Assembly: GCA_964513645.1 (NCBI GenBank)
Contig: CAZENF010000001.1
Coordinates: forward strand, 71,303-135,302
Reading direction: 5' to 3'
Origin: an uncultured Candidatus Saccharibacteria bacterium
GTDB lineage: Bacteria; Patescibacteriota; Minisyncoccia; 2-02-FULL-40-12; GWA2-44-9
DNA length: 64,000 nt
Under the pieces are notes generated by a model, which was given only the letters and a program-made list of their open reading frames with translations, was not told where the DNA came from and searched no databases. The position numbers and the translations under genes were made by a program. Numbering within the stretch: the first letter of the stretch is position 1; every line of letters begins with the position of its first letter. This document shows positions 1 to 9,401 of this stretch, in pieces.

Positions 1-86
1 TCTTCGACCAAATTGTTTTTTAAAGTTTTCAAACAAAGCCGAAGAAGTGGAGGATTTTTAAAATTTATGATTATTATTGAAAGCAT
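1..86 (-). CDS. Glycosyltransferase family 2, N-terminus only (runs off window)
   Basis: Own translation from ATG at 86: MLSIIIINFKNPPLLRLCLKTL, a typical GT2 N-terminus; not in ORF track. Confidence 0.75.
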   Translation of the reverse strand, partial: MLSIIIINFKNPPLLRLCLKTLKNNLVE

Positions 87-99
87 TATTGTAGTTATC

Positions 100-1164
100 T
101 TATTTAACTATATCCTGAAAGAATTTTTTTATTTCCTGAAGATTGCCGGATTTGGGTGTCAAAATGTACATATCATTGAACCGGCCTTCGGCCAGAAGAT
201 TTTCCGTTGAAAGAACGTATTTTTTTATGCTGTTCGCGTTCTTGAACTGATTAGACAAATTGATCAGGTTACCAATATCCCAGACATTCAAGTCAGTGTT
301 GATATTGGTTCTGACGGTATTAAGCACGCCTAAGGTCCTGATCGGGTCCGAAAGAATATTTAAGGCAGAGATCTTATCTTTTACCGCCATAACTATCTGC
401 TGTTGGCGGGCGGCCCGGTCAAAGTCATTCGAAGAATATCTCGAGCGGGCATAATAAAGAGCCTGGTCTGAATTTAAATGATTCAATCCGGCTGGTAAAG
501 AGAAAGTATAGCCCCACTGCTGGGTTTCGGAGAAAGGTTTATCCAAGGTCACATCGACCCCGCCCAACTGGTTGATTATCGATTTGAACGCCGAAAAATC
601 TACGACCACAGCACTGTCGATGTAAACTCCGGTTATCCTTGAAAAAAGTTTTTTAACAAACGTCAGACCATCATTTCTTGCCAGGCCGACCTGATAAGCG
701 GTATTGATCTTGTCTTTTTTGGTGCCGTAAATTTTTAAGTAAAGGTCACGAGGAATTGAGACCATCGAAGTTTTACCCGTATCCTGGTTATAACTGATAA
801 GGATTATTGTATCTGTCAGCAAGGGTCCGGTATCGACCGGGTCCGGCTGATCAAGACCGCGCATACCCAGCACCAAGAGATCCCATCTTCCGTCATCCGC
901 CTTAGGCATCGCATAATCAGGATCTTTTTCTATCGGAGGTTCTTTAGGCTCGGGCTGTCCTGAAAAATTAAAAATATTTGCCAGACCGTTCCAGATACTG
1001 TCCTGTTTTTGACCGGTATTGGCAACTGTTATGGAATGACTGCCTAACTCTGATCTGGGAACCAGATATATTATCGCCACTGCCGTCAAAACAAAAAACA
1101 GGACGCCTATATAGCGCTTTTTATCCGGTGAAGGTGTCTGGTTGAAAATCGGCTGTTGTTCCAT
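100..1164 (-). CDS. LCP (LytR-CpsA-Psr) family cell-wall glycopolymer ligase
   Basis: N-terminal TM; TDTII, SIPRDL, KIN, YARSR...DFDRAARQQ motifs. Confidence 0.93.
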   Translation of the reverse strand: MEQQPIFNQTPSPDKKRYIGVLFFVLTAVAIIYLVPRSELGSHSITVANTGQKQDSIWNGLANIFNFSGQPEPKEPPIEKDPDYAMPKADDGRWDLLVLGMRGLDQPDPVDTGPLLTDTIILISYNQDTGKTSMVSIPRDLYLKIYGTKKDKINTAYQVGLARNDGLTFVKKLFSRITGVYIDSAVVVDFSAFKSIINQLGGVDVTLDKPFSETQQWGYTFSLPAGLNHLNSDQALYYARSRYSSNDFDRAARQQQIVMAVKDKISALNILSDPIRTLGVLNTVRTNINTDLNVWDIGNLINLSNQFKNANSIKKYVLSTENLLAEGRFNDMYILTPKSGNLQEIKKFFQDIVK

Positions 1165-2234
1165 TAATCAAAAAACCTGCTTATCTCCTCCGAAGACGCG
1201 ACCGCCTTTCCCATAATTATACTACGTTCTTTGAACATCTTGGGTGCGCCTTTTATAAACTCGGGGATCTCGAGTAAAACTTTGGGTTCAAAAATAAGCA
1301 GATAACCGAGCATTGAAATTTCCCTTTTGAGGAGATAAGGCAAATCTTTCAGAATATTGATTATATAATCATTTTTAATGATTGTAAAGCGGATATTTTT
1401 CCATTCGAGCTGTCTTTTTCTCAAAGGTATCGCGCGTCGAATAGCCAAGAAGTCGCTTAAATTTTTCTTCAATTTCTTAGTTGTCTGCCGATCATGCCAG
1501 GCAATTACCGAAGGTGCAAAAACCTGTTTCCAGCCGTAAAGCGTCATCCGCCAGGCAAAATCAAGATCATCTCCGTACCAGAAATATTCATTATCTATGA
1601 ACCGGCCATTAACCCTGCAATCATCAATCGCCTCTTTTCTTAAAAACGGAGCAGCGCCTTCAACTCCGAATATTTCTTTCAAATTATCATACTGACCCTT
1701 ATCCTCCTCACCGTGACCGATATTGATCACCCGGCGTGAATGGAATACCTTGAAACCACACGTATCCAAGACATTTGTTAATTGGGTTTTGTCATTTGAT
1801 ATTTCAAACCTATATATTTTAGCCTCGAGAGCACCTATCTTGGCATCTTTCTCCATTATCTCAACCGAGTTTTTAATAAAATCTTTATCCAAAATGACGT
1901 CTACGGCCATAGTTAGGACGTATTTTCCGGACGAATGTTTCAAGAGCTCCTCCTGTCCCGGCCACATACCCAGATTTTGCCTGCCTTCGATAAAATTAAA
2001 AGCGGCAAAATTGGAATCTCCAATCTCCCCGGCCTCGCCAAAGGCTTGCCGAGGGCGGGCCAATTTCCAATTTCCAATTAAAGACTTTGTCTTGTCCGTT
2101 GAACCGTTGTCCAGAATATTTAACTCGATAAATTCATGCGGATATGTCTGGGCCAAAATCCCAGCCAAACAATGGCGAATGTATTTTTCACCGTTAAGGA
2201 CAACGAGGTTAATTGATACTTTACCGTCGGACAT
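1164..2234 (-). CDS. Glycosyltransferase family 2
   Basis: VSINLVVLNG, LDNGSTD, YFWYGDDLDF motifs; carries an in-frame palindromic insertion. Confidence 0.9.
   Translation of the reverse strand: MSDGKVSINLVVLNGEKYIRHCLAGILAQTYPHEFIELNILDNGSTDKTKSLIGNWKLARPRQAFGEAGEIGDSNFAAFNFIEGRQNLGMWPGQEELLKHSSGKYVLTMAVDVILDKDFIKNSVEIMEKDAKIGALEAKIYRFEISNDKTQLTNVLDTCGFKVFHSRRVINIGHGEEDKGQYDNLKEIFGVEGAAPFLRKEAIDDCRVNGRFIDNEYFWYGDDLDFAWRMTLYGWKQVFAPSVIAWHDRQTTKKLKKNLSDFLAIRRAIPLRKRQLEWKNIRFTIIKNDYIINILKDLPYLLKREISMLGYLLIFEPKVLLEIPEFIKGAPKMFKERSIIMGKAVASSEEISRFFD
2028..2060. repeat. 33-bp palindromic element inserted in frame (ARPRQAFGEAG)
   Basis: CCCGGCCTCGCCAAAGGCTTGCCGAGGGCGGGC; resembles the reverse complement of the element at 62965. 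Confidence 0.65.
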
Positions 2235-3786
2235 TATTTTTATCTTTATTCACAAAAATCAAAGAGATAACCGTTACAAAAAGTAAAAATGAACGCTCGT
2301 CAAAAAGCGCCACATCCGTCAGACAATAAAGCAAAACCCAGGGAACAAAAATTAATATCCCGGCAAAATATACAGATAGAAAAGAGTCTTTTTCTGTTGT
2401 GAAATTTATATATGCTTTTTTCAATAATAACCACAAAAACCATAAAGAAACGATAAGCGCCAGGATTCCCATCTCGGCCGCAATGTGCAGATAAATATTA
2501 TGCGCAGATGAGCCGGCTTTGGATAGTTCCAGATTCTGATTCAGAACAACAGGAAAATTTCCGATTCCAACTCCGAGAACAGGATGTTTGATAATAGATT
2601 TTAGACTCGCTTTCCATATCAGTACCCTTTGGGCATTCGAGGTCTCACCGAAATCAACAATTGATTTGATGCGGTTGCCCAACAGTCCCCAGTCTCCTTT
2701 TGAAAGCAAGAATTGAGGAGAAATAAATATCGGATAAGCAACCGCAAAAAGCATGAAGAAAATTATCAGATATAAGGAAACATATTTAAAAATATTTTTA
2801 TGTCGGATATCGGTTTTACATTCATTCAAAAGATAAATTATCCCGCCGATAAAAAGCAGAACTCCCGCGCCAGCGGCCCAAATTCCTCTGGTTCCGGTCA
2901 GAATTGCGATCAGAAATATCGCCGGTATCCAGAGAACGAACATCTTTGCCCGGATCTTTATCATTTTTTTCAGATTATCGGCCGATTCAGCGACCTTATA
3001 CAATGACATCGCAAAAACCGAGACCAATCCCAACAATATGAATTGCGGGAAAGAATGTGAATCCGGGAATAGAGAAAAAACTCTCAACGATAACTGTGGA
3101 CCGTAATACGCCAGCCAGGTATTTCCGACATGAACTGCAATATAACACCATTCCGAACCAAATTGTCTGCACTGTATCCCCTCACCCCACAAACGCATGA
3201 ACTGATAAACATCAATAAAATAAGTTGAAATAACCTGGATAAAACCGACTATGGTTACGACAATAACCGGAATGGAAATGCTCCGGATAAGTCTTTTGGT
3301 AAATTCGATATTTTTAGCCGACAGATCGTGAACAACAAATCCTATCAGAGAAAGATTCACAAAATAAATTATTCTTTTTAGCGCAGTTCCTTTATCACCG
3401 GCAACTATAACAGACATTATGGCGAGCAAAAGCAATGCCATCAGGACAACCGAGGGTTTTTTGTAATTAATACCTTTGAACCATTTTAAAATACTTGAAA
3501 CCCGGTAATTAAGGCCTCCGGCAAAAAACCATTTTAAAAATATAACGACTGATAAAATTCTCCAGATATTAAAATTATCAAAATTAGCGGTTAGAGGCAG
3601 GGCCAGAAAGAGTGGGATGGACATCACAAAAAATACCGTTCCATCTTCAAGCGAAGCCGATAAGGCATACATCGCCAAAGCAGCTCCCAAATACAAAGCT
3701 GCCATCCGCGGCAAAACACCGGTTATTATCAAAGCAAATAAAACCAACTCCGCACAAAAAAATAAATTAAAAAATTTAAATTTCAT
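2221..3786 (-). CDS. O-antigen ligase/polymerase (Wzy_C) family membrane protein
   Basis: Multi-TM; LTGTRG, R..IW...HPVLGVGIGNF, SAHNIYLHIAAEMG. Confidence 0.88.
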   Translation of the reverse strand: MKFKFFNLFFCAELVLFALIITGVLPRMAALYLGAALAMYALSASLEDGTVFFVMSIPLFLALPLTANFDNFNIWRILSVVIFLKWFFAGGLNYRVSSILKWFKGINYKKPSVVLMALLLLAIMSVIVAGDKGTALKRIIYFVNLSLIGFVVHDLSAKNIEFTKRLIRSISIPVIVVTIVGFIQVISTYFIDVYQFMRLWGEGIQCRQFGSEWCYIAVHVGNTWLAYYGPQLSLRVFSLFPDSHSFPQFILLGLVSVFAMSLYKVAESADNLKKMIKIRAKMFVLWIPAIFLIAILTGTRGIWAAGAGVLLFIGGIIYLLNECKTDIRHKNIFKYVSLYLIIFFMLFAVAYPIFISPQFLLSKGDWGLLGNRIKSIVDFGETSNAQRVLIWKASLKSIIKHPVLGVGIGNFPVVLNQNLELSKAGSSAHNIYLHIAAEMGILALIVSLWFLWLLLKKAYINFTTEKDSFLSVYFAGILIFVPWVLLYCLTDVALFDERSFLLFVTVISLIFVNKDKNNVRR

Positions 3787-4303
3787 TATCGATATGTATC
3801 AGGGCCGTCCGGATAGCTTCTTTAGTATATTCCTTCCGGTTCAGGCGTCCTTTGGTCATTATTCCCACCAGACCTTCGGCTGAACCGACTTTTTTATTTT
3901 TGGTCAGTCCGGCTTTAAAAGCGGCGTCATTCATATCCAACCCCTCATCAAGCATATATTGAGTCACTTTTTTAGGCGCTTCCCAGGCCGAGGAAAGGCC
4001 CAAATGAAATTCTTTTCCGTCAAAAATAGCACAAACACAAACATCCATGAATCCGGTCTTGGTCCGAGGAACCTGCATTAGGCCCGACTCTATTCCAAAA
4101 CTATATGAACAGTCTTTAAAGGCATTTTTGGCTCTGCCCATTGCCCCGCTAATAGTTTCATCAAGAGACTTTGGCTGTTCCGCCACTCCGGAAGAAGCGT
4201 CCATACCAGTAACTTCGGCATCCCTAAGATGCTGATAATCTTTCAGTATTTCTTTTAGGGCATCGATTTTTATTAAATTTGTCGAACCTACGTTAATTTT
4301 CAT
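3776..4303 (-). CDS. yjjX: Non-canonical purine NTP phosphatase (inosine/xanthosine triphosphatase)
   Basis: VGSTN..K, SGVAEQP, GA..RA, GIESG, GLVGIMT.G...R. Confidence 0.85.
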   Translation of the reverse strand: MKINVGSTNLIKIDALKEILKDYQHLRDAEVTGMDASSGVAEQPKSLDETISGAMGRAKNAFKDCSYSFGIESGLMQVPRTKTGFMDVCVCAIFDGKEFHLGLSSAWEAPKKVTQYMLDEGLDMNDAAFKAGLTKNKKVGSAEGLVGIMTKGRLNRKEYTKEAIRTALIHIDNEI

Positions 4304-5403
4304 TTGAGTTCTTTAAAAAATTTCCCGGCAAAATTATGCCAGCTGTATTTTCGGGCAAATTCGGGTCCGGATGTTTTTATTTTTTCAATCTTATCTTTGT
4401 CGGTCAAAGTTATTCGGATTGCGTCGGCAATATTTTTCACTTCCGCATCTTTGCTGAAAAAAGCGTATTCGCCGAATATCTCCCGGCTCAAGTCGTTATC
4501 AATTACCAGCGGGGGGGCGCCGAAGGATAAAGCTTCAACCGGAGGTAAGCCGAACGCTTCATTGTCAGATACATACACCAGGGCCTTAGCGCCGGCATAA
4601 AGTTTATCAATTTCCTGTCTTTTTTCAATATAGTCATAATGAATAATACGTTCACTGCCTAACTTTTGGTTCATTTCTTTTATTAACTTTTCAATCACTA
4701 ACGGACTGTATTTATCCCGGCCAACCATTATTAATTTGAGTCCAGGAAATTCAGAAGCGATCTTTTCGAAGGCAAGTATCGTTTCTCTGGCATGCCTCCG
4801 GGGAAACATTTGACCGACATATAAAATATAATTTCCAATTTCCAATCTCCAATTTCCAATTTTTGAAACAGATTCTCCAACCCCCAGATAAGAAACAAAA
4901 ATTCTTGATGGATCAATCCCATATAATTTTACCAGCTCCTTTTTTGAAAATTCCGAAATGGCAAGGATCTTAGTAGATTTAATTGCCGCCCAGTTGGTAA
5001 ATAAGCGGTATGCCAACCGATAACGGAATGGAAGATTTCCGCTTTTATATTCATAAAAAACATCGTTGGTTAGCATTACCACCGATTTTCTCAAATATAG
5101 AGGCGGGAGCATATAAGCCGGGAAGAACATCCAGTCCAAACCGTCTGCCATCGCACGTAATGGCATCAGAATGTGATAAAAAATATTAAAAGAAGGGAAA
5201 CCAAGCACCCGCTTAACAAAAATAGAGTCTTTCAGAACCTCGTCGTCGGGTATATTTTTTTTGAAATACAAATAAAATTTATATTTTCCACGCCATTCGG
5301 GGTTTGCGGCATACTCTTTGAGTAAATTTAAAGTTACCGCGCCGACTCCCCAGCGTGACTTTGGGTCTTCTAAATTTTCACATTCAATTCCTATCTTATA
5401 CAT
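4300..5403 (-). CDS. Glycosyltransferase family 4
   Basis: AISEFSK and EAFGLPPVEA motifs. Confidence 0.9.
   Translation of the reverse strand: MYKIGIECENLEDPKSRWGVGAVTLNLLKEYAANPEWRGKYKFYLYFKKNIPDDEVLKDSIFVKRVLGFPSFNIFYHILMPLRAMADGLDWMFFPAYMLPPLYLRKSVVMLTNDVFYEYKSGNLPFRYRLAYRLFTNWAAIKSTKILAISEFSKKELVKLYGIDPSRIFVSYLGVGESVSKIGNWRLEIGNYILYVGQMFPRRHARETILAFEKIASEFPGLKLIMVGRDKYSPLVIEKLIKEMNQKLGSERIIHYDYIEKRQEIDKLYAGAKALVYVSDNEAFGLPPVEALSFGAPPLVIDNDLSREIFGEYAFFSKDAEVKNIADAIRITLTDKDKIEKIKTSGPEFARKYSWHNFAGKFFKELK
4831..4861. repeat. Heptamer tandem repeat (TTTCCAA)n encoding IGNWRLEIGN
   Basis: ATTTCCAATTTCCAATCTCCAATTTCCAATT. Confidence 0.7.
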
Positions 5404-6250
5404 TTATTTTGCCCATTCTATTTTTATAAAAATCAACGACTCCGGACAATATCGCGAATGATTCTTCTCTTTTATAATTTAAGATTATTTTTACAAACTG
5501 TTTTTTTATTATCCAAAAACTCCACGGCCAGAGAAATAGTTTGATATGCCATGGCCCATTCTTCCGGTTGAAATACAAAGCATTCCGGAAATGATAACGA
5601 AGAAGCAGAGGACTTCCTAATTTTTTCGTCGTTCCAGAAACCTCATGATAAGCTTTAGGTTTTTCCAAAAAATCAACCGATATTCCTTTGTTTTTTGCTC
5701 TCAAGCAAAAATCAGCATCTTCAAAATATAAAAAATATTTTTCATCCAAAAAACCTATTTTCTCAAAAACATCCTTATGGATAAGCATCCCGCCTCCAAT
5801 AGCATAGCCGTCGACCGGACCCGGATTATAAATATGCCCGAGAGTTGGTTTTAGCCACTCTATTTTACCGGCATAGGCAGTATGTGGCCCTTCATCCAAA
5901 GGTATGCCAAGAATGCCTGTTTTTGAGCCCAAAACTGACCTTAGAGAAGAGATGAAATCCTTTTCTACCCAAGCATCATTATTCAACAATAAAACCCATT
6001 CCGAGCCATTTTTTAAGGCTTCGCGAATCCCGGTATTGTTGCCGCCAGAAAATCCAAAATTTTCTTTATTCTCTACCAAAACTGCTCCAGAACCGATATT
6101 TTTCTTTAAATTATCGAGGTCATTTTTCTCGGAGGAATTATCTACAACAATAACTGAAAAATCATTATCTGTCTGTGCTTTCAATGTTCTTAAAAGATTC
6201 AGAGTACTTTCAGAACCGTTATAATTGATGGTTATGATCGTTAATCGCAT
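5396..6250 (-). CDS. Glycosyltransferase family 2 (rhamnosyltransferase-like)
   Basis: INYN, VDNSS, NFGFSGGNN, LLNND, YFLYFEDADF. Confidence 0.9.
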   Translation of the reverse strand: MRLTIITINYNGSESTLNLLRTLKAQTDNDFSVIVVDNSSEKNDLDNLKKNIGSGAVLVENKENFGFSGGNNTGIREALKNGSEWVLLLNNDAWVEKDFISSLRSVLGSKTGILGIPLDEGPHTAYAGKIEWLKPTLGHIYNPGPVDGYAIGGGMLIHKDVFEKIGFLDEKYFLYFEDADFCLRAKNKGISVDFLEKPKAYHEVSGTTKKLGSPLLLRYHFRNALYFNRKNGPWHIKLFLWPWSFWIIKKQFVKIILNYKREESFAILSGVVDFYKNRMGKINV

Positions 6251-6281
6251 TATTAAATTTTATTAAAAAAACCGGGCAGAT

Positions 6282-6513
6282 TCAATTGGCCCGGTTAGCT
6301 TTATTTTTTGCCAATTCAGGATATTTTTTAATGTATGCGTCGACCAGTCTTTTTATTGATTCCTTGTCATTATCCTCGACAACTAACATCAATTTTTCTG
6401 ATTGAGGCGGCTCTTCTAACTCAAGCCCGGAATCAGGACAATCCCAAATTTCATTAAAAAATTCCTTACCATTACGTGTTCTAAGGAACAAGCGGCACCG
6501 ATGAACGGTCATA
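6282..6513 (-). CDS. Small hypothetical protein
   Basis: ORF fills the gap between two GT genes; ATG at 6513, start uncertain. Confidence 0.45.
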
Positions 6514-6549
6514 TGGACCCAAAACAAAAGTTTTATAAATTATAGTAAC

Positions 6550-7632
6550 TTATAAAGAGTTTGTAAATCTTAAAATTTTATCTTTAAATTCTTTTTTCGA
6601 GAACTTAAGAGTGCTGTTTTTGATAAAAATTGGGTCGTATTTTTCATAATTTTCATTGAGGCGACGAATGCCGTCGGCCAGGGCTTCCGGAATAGCGTCA
6701 TCAAAAAATTCACCGGTCGCGCCTTCAATGACCGTCTCGCAAGCCCCGCCTTTTCGCAAAGCTAAGATCGGCTTGCCATATGACATCGCCTCTACGGACG
6801 TAATACCGAAATCTTCTTCCTGGGGCATTATAAAAGCCCGACAGTTCTGATAATAATACTTGAGTTTCTCATCATCAATAAATCCCAATAATTTAACATT
6901 CCTCGCTATCATTTTTTTAAGCCTGCCTTTCTCGGGCCCTTCACCAATAATGAACAAAGGTAGGTTTAATTTATTAAAAGCTTCGACCACTACATCTATG
7001 TTTTTGTGGGGGTAGAGGCGGGAAACAACGAGATAGTATCCCAAATCATCCAGAGATGATCTGAAATCTCCGGTAAAATTTACCGGAGGATAGATCACTC
7101 GGGAATCTTTTTGATAATATTTTTTAATGCGTTCCTGAACATGTTCCGAAATAGCGACGAATTCTGTTACCCGTTCAGATGCCTGCCGGTCCCAGATACG
7201 CAAAAAATGCTGTGCCAGAGAATAAAGGGCCGGCCTGGATGAGTACCTGAAAGAATCCGCGTGAAGGTCCCAAAGCTGGCGGGTCGGACTGTAGCAGTAG
7301 CAGATATGTTTTGTTTTGGGTTTCAGGACCAAACCTTTGGAAAATATCGCCGAGGAAGAAATGACCAGATCAAAATCTGACATATCAAAAGACTCCACTG
7401 CCGCCGGCATGAGAGGTAAAAGGTATTTATAGTTACGGGTAATCCCGGGTATTTTCTGTAAAAAACTTGTTCTTATAACCGCAGCCGGAAAATATTCTTC
7501 GGTAAATTTTTTATTCTGAAATAAAGTATATATCGGCGCCTCGGGAAATATTTTATGCAATTCCAAAAGCACACGTTCCGCTCCGCTTAAATTATTCATC
7601 CAGTCGTGGACTAAGGCAATTTTCATAAACAA
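6550..7632 (-). CDS. Glycosyltransferase family 4
   Basis: KIALVHDW, GAERVL, EEDFGITSVEAMSYGKP. Confidence 0.92.
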   Translation of the reverse strand: MFMKIALVHDWMNNLSGAERVLLELHKIFPEAPIYTLFQNKKFTEEYFPAAVIRTSFLQKIPGITRNYKYLLPLMPAAVESFDMSDFDLVISSSAIFSKGLVLKPKTKHICYCYSPTRQLWDLHADSFRYSSRPALYSLAQHFLRIWDRQASERVTEFVAISEHVQERIKKYYQKDSRVIYPPVNFTGDFRSSLDDLGYYLVVSRLYPHKNIDVVVEAFNKLNLPLFIIGEGPEKGRLKKMIARNVKLLGFIDDEKLKYYYQNCRAFIMPQEEDFGITSVEAMSYGKPILALRKGGACETVIEGATGEFFDDAIPEALADGIRRLNENYEKYDPIFIKNSTLKFSKKEFKDKILRFTNSL

Positions 7633-7680
7633 AGTATAAATAAAATATTATTTTTATCAAAATACTGAACTTTACTTCAC

Positions 7681-7709
7681 TTGACTTTATTTATTAATGT
7701 GGTTATTAT
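7681..7709 (+). promoter_or_regulatory. Sigma70-type promoter of orphan gene
   Basis: TTGACT-17bp-TATTAT, followed by CGTTCCTTAC and GAGGTG SD. Confidence 0.6.
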
Positions 7710-7738
7710 TAGGAAATCGTTCCTTACTAAGAGGTGAA

Positions 7739-8164
7739 ATGTCGACTTTTCGTGGAAAACCTTTGTGTGAATTAACAGCTGAAGATTTGTGTGATGTTCC
7801 TATTTCGCTCCTTGTTGGGATGTTGAAATTCCATTACTACCACAACGGTGCAAGGAATTTGGTTGATCAAAGAAAACTCGTAGTTGCCGAGGCAAGAAAG
7901 CGCAAGTTCGAACATTGGATATTAAATAATTTTGACCCGCCAAGATGTGATTGCGGTGGTCCAGGTCTTTACATAGTCGGTAAAGTAACATATTGCCGAA
8001 AGTGTAAACCCAAGGCAATTGAACATTTAAAAAAGGCGGTCACCAACCTAAGGGAACTAAGGTCAAAACATATTGATGAAGAGCTTAACGATATCGACAA
8101 AAAACTTCGCCGGAAAAAATCATTAAAAAATAGCGCGAGAAGAATAAATGGTAAAAAATGCTAG
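7739..8164 (+). CDS. Hypothetical basic protein with CxC...CxxC putative zinc finger
   Basis: GAGGTG SD before ATG 7739; CDCGG...YCRKC; hairpin GCACTGAT/ATCAGTGC + T-run downstream. Confidence 0.7.
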   Translation: MSTFRGKPLCELTAEDLCDVPISLLVGMLKFHYYHNGARNLVDQRKLVVAEARKRKFEHWILNNFDPPRCDCGGPGLYIVGKVTYCRKCKPKAIEHLKKAVTNLRELRSKHIDEELNDIDKKLRRKKSLKNSARRINGKKC

Positions 8165-8233
8165 TGACTGGCACTGATTAATATCAGTGCTTTTTAATAT
8201 ACGGACTGTCTTTCAATAAATTCAAGACAAAAC

Positions 8234-9235
8234 CTATCTCTTCGCTACCACGTTCTTTTTGTAAACCTCAAGATTCTCAAGAACCGTTCCGGTACCCCGG
8301 GCAACACAAAAAAGCGGGTCATCCGCAATATAGGCCGGGACACCGGTCACACGGGTAATAAGAGTAGCGATATTTTTGAGCATCGCGCCGCCGCCCGAAA
8401 TTGTTATTCCCCTGTCCATTATATCGGCACAGAGTTCGGGCGGAGTTACTTCGAGAACGCTTTTTACTATCTGGACTATTTCACGAAGCTGTTCCGACAA
8501 CGCTTCGGTAATCTCATTTGAACCTATCTCAATGGTCCGAGGATAACCGGTCGCAAGGTCGCGGCCTTTGATGCTTATTTTTTCTTCTTCCGGCTGTTTG
8601 ATGGCGCTGCCGATGGATATTTTCATCTGTTCGGCTGTTCTTTCACCGATCGCGAGACCGTGATTTTTTTTAATATAATCGACGATGGCCTGATCGAGTT
8701 TGTTGCCGCCTATCCTTACCGAATTCCAACTGACAATACCGCCAAGAGAGATCACCGCCAGTTCCGTCGTTCCTCCTCCAATGTTCAATATCATGTTGCC
8801 GGTAGGACTGTTGATGGGAATTTTCGCTCCGATCGCGGCTAAAACCGGCTCCTTAACCAGATAGACTGCTCTCGCTCCGGCATTTAAGGTTGCTTCGGTA
8901 ACCGCTCTTTTTTCAGTTGAAGTTATGCCGGCCGGAACGGATATCAGAACCTCCGGTTTAACAAAACTCATCAGGCCGATACCTTTTTTAATGAAATATT
9001 TAAGCATCGCTCCGGTAACACGATAATCTGCAATCGCGCCGTCAACCAAAGGCCTTGAGACAATGATACTGTCCGGGGTCCGGCCTATCATTTCTTTGGC
9101 TAAGTTTCCGACCGCAAGAAGTTTATTATCCAGAACCGAAATCGCCACCACCGAAGGCTCATTTATGACTATTCCTTTTTTAGGAATAAATACGACTGTG
9201 TTAGTCGTACCTAAGTCTATACCGATCTTTGCCAT
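8234..9235 (-). CDS. mreB: Rod shape-determining actin MreB
   Basis: IGIDLGTTNT, EPSVVA, IGGGTTE, IGERTAEQ, GGGAML. Confidence 0.96.
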   Translation of the reverse strand: MAKIGIDLGTTNTVVFIPKKGIVINEPSVVAISVLDNKLLAVGNLAKEMIGRTPDSIIVSRPLVDGAIADYRVTGAMLKYFIKKGIGLMSFVKPEVLISVPAGITSTEKRAVTEATLNAGARAVYLVKEPVLAAIGAKIPINSPTGNMILNIGGGTTELAVISLGGIVSWNSVRIGGNKLDQAIVDYIKKNHGLAIGERTAEQMKISIGSAIKQPEEEKISIKGRDLATGYPRTIEIGSNEITEALSEQLREIVQIVKSVLEVTPPELCADIMDRGITISGGGAMLKNIATLITRVTGVPAYIADDPLFCVARGTGTVLENLEVYKKNVVAKR

Positions 9236-9243
9236 TATATATT

Positions 9244-9381
9244 GCCGGCCGCTCTCGCCTTAAGATTTGGCGAGCAAGCTCTTGGCCAACTTCTTCGTTA
9301 AAATCTCCGCTTGCTCGTCATCATACTTATAGTATGTTTCCTCGCAATGCTCGATTTTGCCTTGAATTTAGCCAAGCCGGC
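9244..9381. repeat. Branched palindromic intergenic element (murA-mreB)
   Basis: GCCGGC/GCCGGC, CTCGCC/GGCGAG, TTGGC/GCCAA, AAAATC/GATTTT, CATACT/AGTATG nested pairs. Confidence 0.65.
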
Positions 9382-9401
9382 TGCGTTCTAAATTTTTCAG
9401 A

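Noticed and set aside
6479-6489. boxA-like GTTCCTTAGAA on the minus strand
   Set aside because: Falls inside the probable small ORF with no suitable downstream in-frame start, so not counted
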